DNA from: a virus
Strand: one strand, 5' to 3'
Length of the DNA: 57,714 nucleotides
IMG/VR virus record: IMGVR_UViG_3300000295_000011
This document shows positions 1-7,828 of this stretch, one piece after another (the first letter of the stretch is position 1; every line of letters starts with the position of its first letter). The notes below the pieces were generated by a model that was not told the origin of the DNA, searched no databases, and saw only the letters and a list, made by a program, of their open reading frames with translations. The translations under genes were made by a program, and so were the position numbers.

Positions 1-54
1 GCGTGGAACTAGGATGTACATCCCACGGTGCCTGTACATTCCCTACCAACGTAG
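1..54. repeat. terminal direct repeat copy 1, identical to 57661-57714
   Basis: The first and last 54 nt of the window match exactly. int/attP are internal (about 45.1-46.6 kb), so this reads as circular-assembly overlap or terminal redundancy, not attL/attR. Confidence 0.9.
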
Positions 55-148
55 CGCCTCTCGAAAGAGGGGCGCTGAGGCTAGTCAATAAAGGCTCTTT
101 CAAGCCTCTGCCTTCAGACAGGGGTTATTGACTTTATTTGTCGTTCCG

Positions 149-349
149 TCACTTCTCGTGATCTTGACCGCGTTGAGGCAACTCTGATTCAGCGGTACCG
201 TCCTCGTTGCAACGAAGTGGTTCCCCGCTAACGGGACAAATAACCGCGTCGAACGCCGTCCACGCTGCGGCGATTGCGTAAATCAAACGCACGTCGTCGT
301 GCGTGGTTGGCGTTACCACCAGGCGCTTGTCGATTATTTCAACATCCAT
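149..349 (-). CDS. hypothetical small acidic protein (66 aa from MDVEIIDK)
   Basis: Internal ATG of ORF 149..373 is preceded by AAGGAG at good spacing. It is the first ORF downstream of the leftward consensus promoter. Confidence 0.55.
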   Translation of the reverse strand: MDVEIIDKRLVVTPTTHDDVRLIYAIAAAWTAFDAVICPVSGEPLRCNEDGTAESELPQRGQDHEK

Positions 350-789
350 TGTTATCTCCTTTCGAAAACCCACCTAAGCCCTCTCGGTGGAAAGGGCTTA
401 GATCGGCTTTCGATCAGGGCGCGGCTGCGCATCGTCTGCGCTCAGGCCGCTCGGGACGTGCGTCCTCTGCTTCGTTTCAGCTGATCCTGATCTAGCTCGT
501 GGGGCGTGTGGCGATCGTCCGTCGCCATCGAGCATCCGTCGTTTTCAGGTGGTCCCCATCCCAACCGCACTGGAAGATGCCCTCCAGCCGTCCTGCGTAC
601 TTTTCATACGCGACCTTTGCGACTACCGTTCCGTCGCGTGATGCGCTCCCGACAGACCCTTCTGTCCAGAATCGCGTCCGTTTGGCGGGCGGTCCCCGAC
701 ACAGCTAAGTGCCGAGATTCGATGTCCTTCCCATCGACGCCAAGCCTTGCGGCTTGGGTAAGGGATGTGTTGCAATCCCTATAGCTTTT

Positions 790-817
790 ATTATAAGCAA
801 AGTAATGGCGATGTCAA
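790..817 (-). promoter_or_regulatory. leftward sigma70 consensus promoter (PL-like)
   Basis: On the minus strand: TTGACA (817-812), 16-nt spacer, TATAAT (795-790). The 16 nt TATAATAAAAGCTATA are identical to the rightward promoter at 1647-1662. Confidence 0.7.
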
Positions 818-860
818 TAGGAAAACTCATAATTTCAAACAAAAGCTATGCTTGCGGGCA

Positions 861-885
861 AAAAAAGGCCACCGCGAAGGTGGCT
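861..885 (-). terminator. intrinsic terminator after the repressor gene
   Basis: Minus strand AGCCACC-TTCGC-GGTGGCC followed by T6, 19 nt past the cI stop. Confidence 0.7.
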
Positions 886-903
886 CTTTGCGGAAATCGT
901 AGG

Positions 904-1599
904 TTAGAGACCGCCTGCTCCAGACCTGTCGATGACTCTTCCGACGATGTAGACGAACTCTGTTTCAGTAGCTGGGATTACTTCTGGCTTCCATGACGGA
1001 TTCTCTGACACTACATATAAGTCGCCATTCATGAGGCGGCGAAGACGCTTGACTCGCCACTCACCGCGATACGTGAAAACGTAGACGCGATCATTGATGA
1101 TGTCTCGTTGGGCTTCGTCCACGGTTACGGAGTCTCCGTCAAAAAGAAGCGGCTCCATGCTCTCGCCAGATACTTCAAATACTTTTAGGTGCGACTGTTT
1201 GTACTGGTGCTTCTGGAGCCAGGAACGTCTGTATGACTTGGGTTCTGCGGTCTCGTCGATTGTGTAGGTTGGCGGCGTGTAGCCGTCACCGGCGGAGCAT
1301 TGAATCGTATACACGGGGATTTTCACAAAGTCAGAGTCGTCGTCGATTTCCTCGGTGATGAGCGGCAGGACAGGTGTGGCTTTGGGCAAAGGATCGCCTA
1401 CACCGGCAAGAAGCCATTCATACATAACGGGTAGTTTTTTGCAGATGGCAACGGCTGCCTCGGCACGGATGGAGGAGGTCTTACCGTTCAGCCAGTGCGC
1501 AACAGATGGCTGGCTAACGCCAGCAATGCGGGCAAGCTCTGACTGTGAGAGGTTGTAGGTGGACTGCAACCAAGAGATTCGTTCAGAAAGCGTACTCAT
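904..1599 (-). CDS. cI: CI-like repressor (N-terminal XRE-type HTH plus C-terminal S24 LexA-like autopeptidase)
   Basis: HTH segment LSQSELARIAGVSQPSVAHWLNG. S24 catalytic motif SGESMEP and downstream KRL lysine. Divergent from a cro-like gene. Confidence 0.9.
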   Translation of the reverse strand: MSTLSERISWLQSTYNLSQSELARIAGVSQPSVAHWLNGKTSSIRAEAAVAICKKLPVMYEWLLAGVGDPLPKATPVLPLITEEIDDDSDFVKIPVYTIQCSAGDGYTPPTYTIDETAEPKSYRRSWLQKHQYKQSHLKVFEVSGESMEPLLFDGDSVTVDEAQRDIINDRVYVFTYRGEWRVKRLRRLMNGDLYVVSENPSWKPEVIPATETEFVYIVGRVIDRSGAGGL

Positions 1600-1679
1600 A
1601 ATTAAAAATCTTATAACAGAGCGTCATAACAGTTCCTCTAGTAAGCTATAATAAAAGCTATAACGCACAAGGAGTTGTT
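1600..1679. promoter_or_regulatory. divergent switch region (PR/PRM-like) with candidate operators
   Basis: 80-bp AT-rich cI/cro intergenic region. Rightward TATAAT at 1647-1652. Repeats YATAACAG at 1612 and 1626, and GCTATAA at 1645 and 1657. AAGGAG RBS at 1669. Confidence 0.65.
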
Positions 1680-1919
1680 ATGGACTTAGCCAAACAGAGA
1701 TCTACTGCAATAGCGCGCTCGCTGGTTTCGGAGATTGGTACCCAGTCGAAGACCGCGAAGGTGGTCGGGGTTTCACAGCCCACGATTGCTATCTGGATCC
1801 GCAACGGGATTGGTCGAACTCGAGAGAACGATCTCCGGTTCCGATTTCCAAATTTAGAGACGTGGAAGCTTTTCCCGGCTTTGGAGGTCGTTGACAAATG
1901 TTCGTCCGACCAGAGCTAA
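1680..1919 (+). CDS. cro: Cro-like HTH regulator
   Basis: 79 aa, HTH segment KTAKVVGVSQPTIAIWIRNG, divergent from cI. Confidence 0.7.
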   Translation: MDLAKQRSTAIARSLVSEIGTQSKTAKVVGVSQPTIAIWIRNGIGRTRENDLRFRFPNLETWKLFPALEVVDKCSSDQS

Positions 1920-2134
1920 GAAAGGGCGACGTTGACGTGCGCCTCAAAGCCCCGAAAACGATGATCGAAAAGCTCGACTTGCTAAGCATAGCTTTCGGCC
2001 TCACGAGACAAGATGTGATCCTGATTGCTCTTGACGCTTATGTTCAAGAACTATCCCATGTCTCTAAGGTACTCGCCCCAGCCGTGGCGAAGCAACGGAA
2101 TCGTGACGGAAACGGAACGGACGAGGAGAGATAG
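1898..2134 (+). CDS. ribbon-helix-helix type small regulator (cII position)
   Basis: 78 aa. The segment VRLKAPKTMIEKLDLLSIAFGLTRQDVILIALDAYV looks like a CopG/Arc RHH. The start codon is uncertain. Confidence 0.45.
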   Translation: MFVRPELRKGDVDVRLKAPKTMIEKLDLLSIAFGLTRQDVILIALDAYVQELSHVSKVLAPAVAKQRNRDGNGTDEER

Positions 2135-2136
2135 CG

Positions 2137-3081
2137 ATGGGATTTCTTGCAGTTTTTAAGGTTCGCGGTTCTGGGTTGACGAACAAAACCGAAGTCGACG
2201 TTCTGGAGGCTTTAGCTTTCTTTATGAACGATCAATCTGGAGTGTGCTTTCCGTCGACCGATGCGGTCGCGCGGATTGCTCGTGTTCACCCGAATGTCGC
2301 CAGAAAGACGCTCAAAGAACTCGAGGCCAACGGCCTGATTTCCACGCGACAAGCTCCTGGCTGTCGTCGATATTTTGACCTGCATCTAGACCGCCTCCCC
2401 CTTAACGAAACTGCAGGGGGTAACGATCTTGACGGGGTTAAAGAAGTTGAACCCCTTAAAGATGTTGAAGGGGTTAAAGAAGTTGAAGTAGCCCCCTTAA
2501 AGAAAGTTGAGGGGGCCCCTTTAACTTCTTTAAGTACCCCCCTTAAAGATCTTGAACCCGAACTAACAAAAGAACTAACAAGAGAACAAAGAAGGGAACT
2601 GACAAGTTTGGATGCACCCGAGCGCACGCTGTGGGAAACCGACCATCTTACCAACGACGGTAAAAAGGTCGAAAAGCCGAAGGCAACAAGAGCCAAGCCA
2701 AAGACAAGCTGCCCATTCTCGCCTGACGACTCTATCCCGCCTGAATACCTTGAGTACGTACAAGCCAAGCACCCAAGCATCAACGCTCAGACGGAGTTCA
2801 CCAAGTTCGTCAACTTCCACATCTCGAAGGACAACAAGTACAGCAACTGGCTGGCCGCCTGGAGAACTTGGACGACAAAGGCAGAAGAGTTCTCCAAGAG
2901 AAAACCGCAGCCCCAGTCGTACACACCCGCACGCCGTAGCACTGACCCGCAGGCGGGATGGGTATCGACTCAGACGCCGACAAACCCGCCGCCTCTCTAC
3001 ACGCCTGAGGAACGAGAGGCGCTGAAGAAAAAGTATCAGGCGATGACCGCTATTTTTGCCAAGACGGATAAGAACGTATGA
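2137..3081 (+). CDS. replication initiator (winged-helix N-terminus, lambda O-like role)
   Basis: N-terminal wHTH (VCFPSTDAVARIARVHPNVARKTLKELEANGLI). Iteron array lies inside the gene. A DnaC-like loader follows. Confidence 0.7.
   Translation: MGFLAVFKVRGSGLTNKTEVDVLEALAFFMNDQSGVCFPSTDAVARIARVHPNVARKTLKELEANGLISTRQAPGCRRYFDLHLDRLPLNETAGGNDLDGVKEVEPLKDVEGVKEVEVAPLKKVEGAPLTSLSTPLKDLEPELTKELTREQRRELTSLDAPERTLWETDHLTNDGKKVEKPKATRAKPKTSCPFSPDDSIPPEYLEYVQAKHPSINAQTEFTKFVNFHISKDNKYSNWLAAWRTWTTKAEEFSKRKPQPQSYTPARRSTDPQAGWVSTQTPTNPPPLYTPEEREALKKKYQAMTAIFAKTDKNV
2430..2610. repeat. candidate origin: about 6 iterons (SSSSTTAAAGAWSTTGAA) plus an A-rich GAACTAACAA repeat
   Basis: Copies start near 2434, 2452, 2470, 2492, 2517 (inverted) and 2537. 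GAACTAACAA x2 and related copies lie at 2557-2605. At protein level this reads GVKEVEPLKDVEGVKEVEVAPLKKVEGAPL. Confidence 0.65.
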
Positions 3082-3923
3082 CCAAGTCAATCTCCGAAAT
3101 CCTCGCCAGACTCACCGCCATCGCGGCGGAACGCAAGGGCACGGCCCCCCAGGTTCCTCCGAAGAAGGATCCTGCCCTTGTGCGCGAGATCGAGGCCCTG
3201 CGCGCAGAGTTCACCGAGAAGGGCGTGCCCTTCACCGAAGGAGCGCTTGAGGGCATGGCGGAAAACCGCCTGCTTCACCGAAAGGCAGAAGAGCAGAACG
3301 CAGCTTTGTTCGCCCAGACCGCCGCAATCCCGCGCCGCTTCGCCAAGGCAACCCTGTCTGGCTTCATGCCGTTTGACGACGTTCAGGCCGCCGCCTTCGA
3401 GAAGGTCTGCGCATGGTCGCAGGGCGTTAGTGCCGGCGAGACCCCGTGGCTGATCCTCTCGGGTTCGTGGGGTACTGGGAAGTCGCACTTGGCCTGTGCG
3501 GCTCTCAACAGCCTGCGCGAATGCAAGGGCCTTACCGTCCGCTTCGTCGCTTGCCTCGACCTCGTGCGCGCCGTTCAGGACACCTACTCGAACGAATCCG
3601 GAACGACCGAAGCCAAGATCACCGCCGACCTGTCCCGCATCGACATCTTGTGTCTCGACGACGTTGCCGCCGACCCGACAACGTTCGAGTCGAAGCTCCT
3701 GACGCGAATCCTCGACGCCCGCTATCGCAACGACCGTCCGACCCTGATCGTCACGAACCTGTCGATACGTGAGAGGGACGGGAAGCCGTCCGAATTCGAT
3801 GCCTTCGTCGGCAATCTGGTCGCCTCTCGCGTCCACGAGTGCGCGACCTACGTGGACTGCACGACCACCGATTTCCGCCGCGTCTCCGCCAACCGAACCA
3901 ACGACCCGACCAAACTTTTCTGA
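3078..3923 (+). CDS. DnaC/IstB-like AAA+ helicase loader
   Basis: Walker A GSWGTGKSHL, Walker B ILCLDDV. ATGA overlap with the initiator gene. Confidence 0.8.
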   Translation: MTKSISEILARLTAIAAERKGTAPQVPPKKDPALVREIEALRAEFTEKGVPFTEGALEGMAENRLLHRKAEEQNAALFAQTAAIPRRFAKATLSGFMPFDDVQAAAFEKVCAWSQGVSAGETPWLILSGSWGTGKSHLACAALNSLRECKGLTVRFVACLDLVRAVQDTYSNESGTTEAKITADLSRIDILCLDDVAADPTTFESKLLTRILDARYRNDRPTLIVTNLSIRERDGKPSEFDAFVGNLVASRVHECATYVDCTTTDFRRVSANRTNDPTKLF

Positions 3924-3934
3924 GGAGCAAGCCC

Positions 3935-4180
3935 ATGAAATACCTCCCGCCCGAATCTCCGCTGCGTCGCCTGATCGAAATCAACGCACTGGACGCAGAA
4001 ACCTGCGAGCAGATCATCCGCGAGGTCGAGCAGTACGTCGTCGACCGTTACGAGACAATCGAACCCCGTCTGCGCCTTTCCGTGACCGTGACCATTCCCG
4101 CCGAACACTCAATCAGTGGGGCCGCGTTCTCCTTCGCCGTCCACTACGACGACCTCGCCGACGAGGAGGACGCGAAATGA
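3935..4180 (+). CDS. hypothetical protein
   Basis: ATG at 3935 with GAGGAG RBS at 3923. Internal start of ORF 3839..4180. Confidence 0.5.
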   Translation: MKYLPPESPLRRLIEINALDAETCEQIIREVEQYVVDRYETIEPRLRLSVTVTIPAEHSISGAAFSFAVHYDDLADEEDAK

Positions 4181-4422
4181 AAGGGCTTCGCCTCAAAACC
4201 TGCGCCTCTGTCTACGACTTCCTCAAGCACAACGTCCGCGAGGAGGTCTGGGCGTACACCGTCTTCCGTGCGCTTGACATCGCCAACTACCGCTCGAGCT
4301 ACTGCTCGGACGCCAAGGGGCGCTTCCGCTTCACGCTCACCGTGCCCGAGACCGACTCGGTCAGTGCCCACGCCTTCGACGTGGAATTCACGAACGAGGA
4401 CTTCGAGGAGTGTCACGAATGA
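4177..4422 (+). CDS. hypothetical protein
   Basis: ATGA overlap with the previous stop (MKGLRLKT...). Confidence 0.5.
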   Translation: MKGLRLKTCASVYDFLKHNVREEVWAYTVFRALDIANYRSSYCSDAKGRFRFTLTVPETDSVSAHAFDVEFTNEDFEECHE

Positions 4423-4559
4423 CCACGCAACAGTTCGACGAGCTCATTTTGGCCATGCTCGTCATTTTCATCCTCGGCTTCTTCATCGGGAACCGGGAAC
4501 TGAAAAAGCGATGCGGCAAGTGCCGCCTCTTGCCGGAGAAGGAGGAAAGCAATGAGTGA
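4419..4559 (+). CDS. small membrane protein (46 aa)
   Basis: ATGA-coupled start. Hydrophobic LILAMLVIFILGFFIG segment. Below the 60-aa cutoff of the ORF track. Confidence 0.4.
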   Translation: MTTQQFDELILAMLVIFILGFFIGNRELKKRCGKCRLLPEKEESNE

Positions 4560-4857
4560 ACCCGACACCAAAGCCCGCGTCGTATCCAAGTCGCATCACA
4601 CGATGTCGCTCACGACCACGCTGCACACGTTCCTCGGACGCAAGGTGATCCGCATCACCACGATGCCTCTCTTCGGCTCGACCGCCTACCTCACGACCTA
4701 CGCCGAGGGCCGTCTGGGCGACGACCCGACCGACCTCACGCAGGCAACGTTCGAGTACTGCCGCGCCTACAAGTTCGCGGAGCGCTCCCTTGCCTTCACC
4801 CACCATGAGTCACTCGTCGAGCAGGCCGTGCAGAGAGGTGCGCCCCATGTCCGATGA
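4552..4857 (+). CDS. hypothetical protein
   Basis: 101-aa ORF in the coupled gene chain. Confidence 0.5.
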   Translation: MSEPDTKARVVSKSHHTMSLTTTLHTFLGRKVIRITTMPLFGSTAYLTTYAEGRLGDDPTDLTQATFEYCRAYKFAERSLAFTHHESLVEQAVQRGAPHVR

Positions 4858-5182
4858 AACCACGGGAGCGGAGATCGTGCGCGAGATCAAGGAACGCCGA
4901 GGCAAGACGACCTGGCTCCTCAGTCTCGACCGCCGTCGCGAATTCTGCGTGCATTCCCGCCCCGACTTCTCGGGTCGACGCGGCCAGTACGTCACCAAAG
5001 TCACCTACCGCCTGCTCCCGAAGCCCTGTCCCGACGATGACCGCGAGGGCCTGCGTTGGTACACCGCCGAGCTCGAGCGCGAGCGCACCATAGCAGTCCG
5101 CTACAGCAGGGATGCAGCTCACGGCATGGCCGTCCATGACGCCGCCGTAGGTTCCATCCAACGAGGAGCATTCAACCCATGA
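4847..5182 (+). CDS. hypothetical protein
   Basis: Internal start MSDETTGAEIV overlaps the previous stop. Confidence 0.5.
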   Translation: MSDETTGAEIVREIKERRGKTTWLLSLDRRREFCVHSRPDFSGRRGQYVTKVTYRLLPKPCPDDDREGLRWYTAELERERTIAVRYSRDAAHGMAVHDAAVGSIQRGAFNP

Positions 5183-5457
5183 GCACAGCTTTCATCGTCA
5201 GCACCACGGACGCCGCCGACGAACTCAAGACCGCCATCGTGGTCGAGGGAGGGGACTTCTGGGAGGTTCACAGCACCGACTTCGAGGGCGAAGTCACCAC
5301 GTCGATCAAGCCCGGGCGGTGGTTCGCCCCCGTCTCCTGCGTGCGCTTCGGTCGACCCGTCGCGTCATGGAAGCTCCCAACCTTTGCCGACGCGCGCCTT
5401 CTCCACCGTGACGCCGTGGCGCACATCCTGCAAAACGGCGGCTACAACCCCAAGTAA
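5179..5457 (+). CDS. hypothetical protein
   Basis: ATGA-coupled 92-aa ORF. Confidence 0.5.
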   Translation: MSTAFIVSTTDAADELKTAIVVEGGDFWEVHSTDFEGEVTTSIKPGRWFAPVSCVRFGRPVASWKLPTFADARLLHRDAVAHILQNGGYNPK

Positions 5458-5473
5458 CCCACAACTACGAACC

Positions 5474-5644
5474 ATGAAAGACCTGTTCTCCGCACTCCTC
5501 GCTCCGTTCTTCGTCATCGTGAACGTCGTGGCGCTGTTCTTCCTCCTCGCTGCCTGCCCAGTGGTGATCGCCGTCGCCGCCATCGCTGCCATCGTCGCAC
5601 TGCCCTTCGTCCTCCTCCTCAACTTCTTCGAGGCGGACCGATGA
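5474..5644 (+). CDS. small membrane protein
   Basis: MKDLFSALLAPFFVIVNVVALFFLLAACPVVIAVAAIAAIVALPFVLLL suggests two TM-like helices. Confidence 0.5.
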   Translation: MKDLFSALLAPFFVIVNVVALFFLLAACPVVIAVAAIAAIVALPFVLLLNFFEADR

Positions 5645-5973
5645 GGTGGAAACGACCGAAAGAGGAAGAGCCGACCGGCCCGAAGGAACCGCGTCCGCTC
5701 TTCGGCGACCGATTCATCAACACCATCCGATGCATCGACTGCGCCTACCTCGCGGGATCCGACCGCACCCCCCGGTGGCTCTTCGCAGAGGAAAAGGGCT
5801 ACTGCGACGCGGTCGGGCACAAGGGAGGGCGGTGGAACGTCCTTCAGGCCATTACCGAACTACGCCCCCCGTGCGCGTTCTACGAACGAGCGCCACAGGA
5901 GCGAATAGACCTCCGCATCAAGGCGGTGGGGATTCTCAAAGCAAGAAAAGACCAACAGGAGCAAAACCGATGA
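5641..5973 (+). CDS. hypothetical Cys-containing protein
   Basis: ATGA-coupled 110-aa ORF. Confidence 0.5.
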   Translation: MRWKRPKEEEPTGPKEPRPLFGDRFINTIRCIDCAYLAGSDRTPRWLFAEEKGYCDAVGHKGGRWNVLQAITELRPPCAFYERAPQERIDLRIKAVGILKARKDQQEQNR

Positions 5974-6332
5974 TTCCGACGACCAGGATTGCCGACGCTT
6001 GGCATACCGTCATCAACCCGAAGAAGTCCCGCCCGAACCTCCCCGAGGTTGGTCGCCGCTGCCGACTCCACTTCCGCGAGTGCGAGGCCCTCACCGACAC
6101 GGGCCGCATGAAGATCCGCCACGGCATCGACTTCTACGGCTACCTCGCCAACGAGTCCTTTTGCTACATCCCGCTCTACAAGGTCGCCATCCCGTCCTCG
6201 AACCTCGAGGCGTGGACATACGACGAAACCAACCCGCGCAACGGGAAGAAGTTCCCGCTGTTCTTCAACGGCTTCGGGCGTGACAGCTACGAGGCCTTCC
6301 GCATCTTCAGCAAGCGAGGCATCAGGGGATGA
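5970..6332 (+). CDS. hypothetical protein
   Basis: ATGA-coupled internal start MIPTTRIADAW. Confidence 0.5.
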   Translation: MIPTTRIADAWHTVINPKKSRPNLPEVGRRCRLHFRECEALTDTGRMKIRHGIDFYGYLANESFCYIPLYKVAIPSSNLEAWTYDETNPRNGKKFPLFFNGFGRDSYEAFRIFSKRGIRG

Positions 6333-6706
6333 GAGCGAACACATTGCTCGCACTGGGTCGACTCAAGCCCGGGCAGATGAACAAGACCGAGACCGCGTAC
6401 CGCGACCACCTCCGCGCACTCAAGGCCGCAGGCGAAGTCCTTGACTTCCGCTTCGAAGCGATTACCCTCAAGCTCGCGCAAGACCTCCGATACACGCCCG
6501 ACTTCTTCGTGCTCAAGCCAGACGGCTCGATCGAATTCCATGAGGTCAAGGGAAGCCGCGCCATCTTCCGAGACGACGCCAAGGCGAAGTGCAAGATGTG
6601 CGCACAGCTCAACCAGTGGGCGACCCTGATCGTGGTCTACCCGCGCCGCAAGAAAGACGGCGGCGGGTGGGAGTATGAAACCTTTGAGCCGAGCAACTTA
6701 TGGTAA
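6329..6706 (+). CDS. PD-(D/E)XK nuclease, DUF1064-like (possible junction resolvase)
   Basis: YTPDFFV ... IEFHEVKG matches the D...E.K nuclease signature I recall for DUF1064. Confidence 0.6.
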   Translation: MRANTLLALGRLKPGQMNKTETAYRDHLRALKAAGEVLDFRFEAITLKLAQDLRYTPDFFVLKPDGSIEFHEVKGSRAIFRDDAKAKCKMCAQLNQWATLIVVYPRRKKDGGGWEYETFEPSNLW

Positions 6707-7134
6707 TCATCGAAAAAGAATTCTTCCGTCTGCTGCGCCTCTGGGCGAGTATGCGCCGCAAGGGCCGCATCCCTACGGTCAAGTCCCCGACGTTCGTCAT
6801 CATGCAGATGATGCGCCTCGCGCAGGGATCCCCGGACGCGGAAGAGGAGGCTAACCCCTTCGCCGAGAAGCGCCAACCGCGCATCACCCCGAGCGCCGAG
6901 GAACTTCGAGCCAATGAACAGGTCGCCGACGACCTCGATGCCGCCTTCGCGTCCTCCGAGCTCCCGATGATCGCCAAGGCCGTCATCCGCGCACGCTACG
7001 TCGAGCATCTCGAACCCGAGGACATCGAACAGCGCCTGCACCTCGGGCGCAATACCTTCCGCTTCCACCACTACGCCGCAGTTTGCGAACTAAAACGAAT
7101 CTTCGATTGCATCCGCGAGAAAAGAGTCGTATAA
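6700..7134 (+). CDS. late-gene regulator in the Q position (sigma70 region-4-like HTH C-terminus)
   Basis: Last early gene. C-terminal RARYVEHLEPEDIEQRLHLGRNTFRFHHYAAVCELKR resembles a region-4 HTH. A promoter plus terminator follows immediately. Confidence 0.45.
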   Translation: MVIIEKEFFRLLRLWASMRRKGRIPTVKSPTFVIMQMMRLAQGSPDAEEEANPFAEKRQPRITPSAEELRANEQVADDLDAAFASSELPMIAKAVIRARYVEHLEPEDIEQRLHLGRNTFRFHHYAAVCELKRIFDCIREKRVV

Positions 7135-7135
7135 T
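7107..7135 (+). promoter_or_regulatory. late promoter (pR'-like)
   Basis: TTGCAT (7107-7112), 17-nt spacer, TATAAT (7130-7135). Overlaps the stop codon of the regulator gene. Confidence 0.6.
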
Positions 7136-7224
7136 GTGTAATGAAGTATTTTTGGCCTCAGTCGGAGGCGAGTCGTGTGCGGCTTTAATCCCTGTCGGGA
7201 GACAGAGTCGTATCTAGCGAAAAT

Positions 7225-7257
7225 AAAGCTCGGATCGAAAGGTTCGAGCTTTTTTTA
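7225..7257 (+). terminator. intrinsic terminator (tR'-like) about 90-115 nt after the late promoter
   Basis: AAAGCTCGGA-TCGAAAGG-TTCGAGCTTT followed by T6. Confidence 0.75.
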
Positions 7258-7385
7258 TACCCCTTTTGCGGGTGGAGCGGTCTCGACATGACGTGATCGT
7301 TTCGCATGTTTCCGATCGCGTGACCCCTTTACCCACCACATTCTTTGCTTTCGACAGGGATTGCCGCCTCAATCACGTTGAACGC

Positions 7386-7769
7386 ATGAAAAAGATTCTC
7401 TTGGCGGCTGTTGTGGCTGCATTCTTCATCTCTACCGCCGCAGATGCTCGTGGTGGTCGCGGTTTCGGCGGACGCTCTTTCTCGCGCCCGTCTGCTGCCA
7501 GATCAGTCCCGAATCGCACGACTGTCGTGAAGAAGAACACGACCGTCATCAACCAGACGGTTAACAGCTCCGCCACGTCAAGCGGCGGCGGGTTCTGGTC
7601 TAGCGTCATGGGTTCGGCTGTCGGCTCGACGGCGGGTTCTATGGCGGGCAATGCCATTTACGACTCCATGACGAAGGACGACGAACCGAAGCAGCCGGCA
7701 CAGGCTCAGCCGCAGGTCATCTATGTGCCTGTCGACCAGAACGGGAAGCCCGTTAAACAGGCTCAGTGA
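7386..7769 (+). CDS. secreted Gly/Ser-rich protein (moron-like)
   Basis: Signal peptide MKKILLAAVVAAFFISTAADA. Bracketed by terminators at 7225-7257 and 7829-7861. Confidence 0.65.
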   Translation: MKKILLAAVVAAFFISTAADARGGRGFGGRSFSRPSAARSVPNRTTVVKKNTTVINQTVNSSATSSGGGFWSSVMGSAVGSTAGSMAGNAIYDSMTKDDEPKQPAQAQPQVIYVPVDQNGKPVKQAQ

Positions 7770-7828
7770 ACCGAAGGGGGGCATTTCAGTTATTCGAAAT
7801 TTTCGAACAGCTGACCGAACCCATGCGC

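Noticed and set aside
1-54. Terminal repeats as attL/attR of an integrated prophage.
   Set aside because: int/xis/attP are internal, and a transcription unit runs through the junction. The window begins and ends exactly at the repeat, which is typical of a circular assembly overlap.
403-790. A frameshifted protein gene downstream of cI (frames reading ...LGVDGKDIESRHLAVSGTARQTDAILDRR and DGTVVAKVAYEKYAGRLEGIFQCGWDGDHL).
   Set aside because: Neither frame has a start codon or RBS, and I cannot recognise a family. It is kept only as an alternative explanation within the PL-leader finding.
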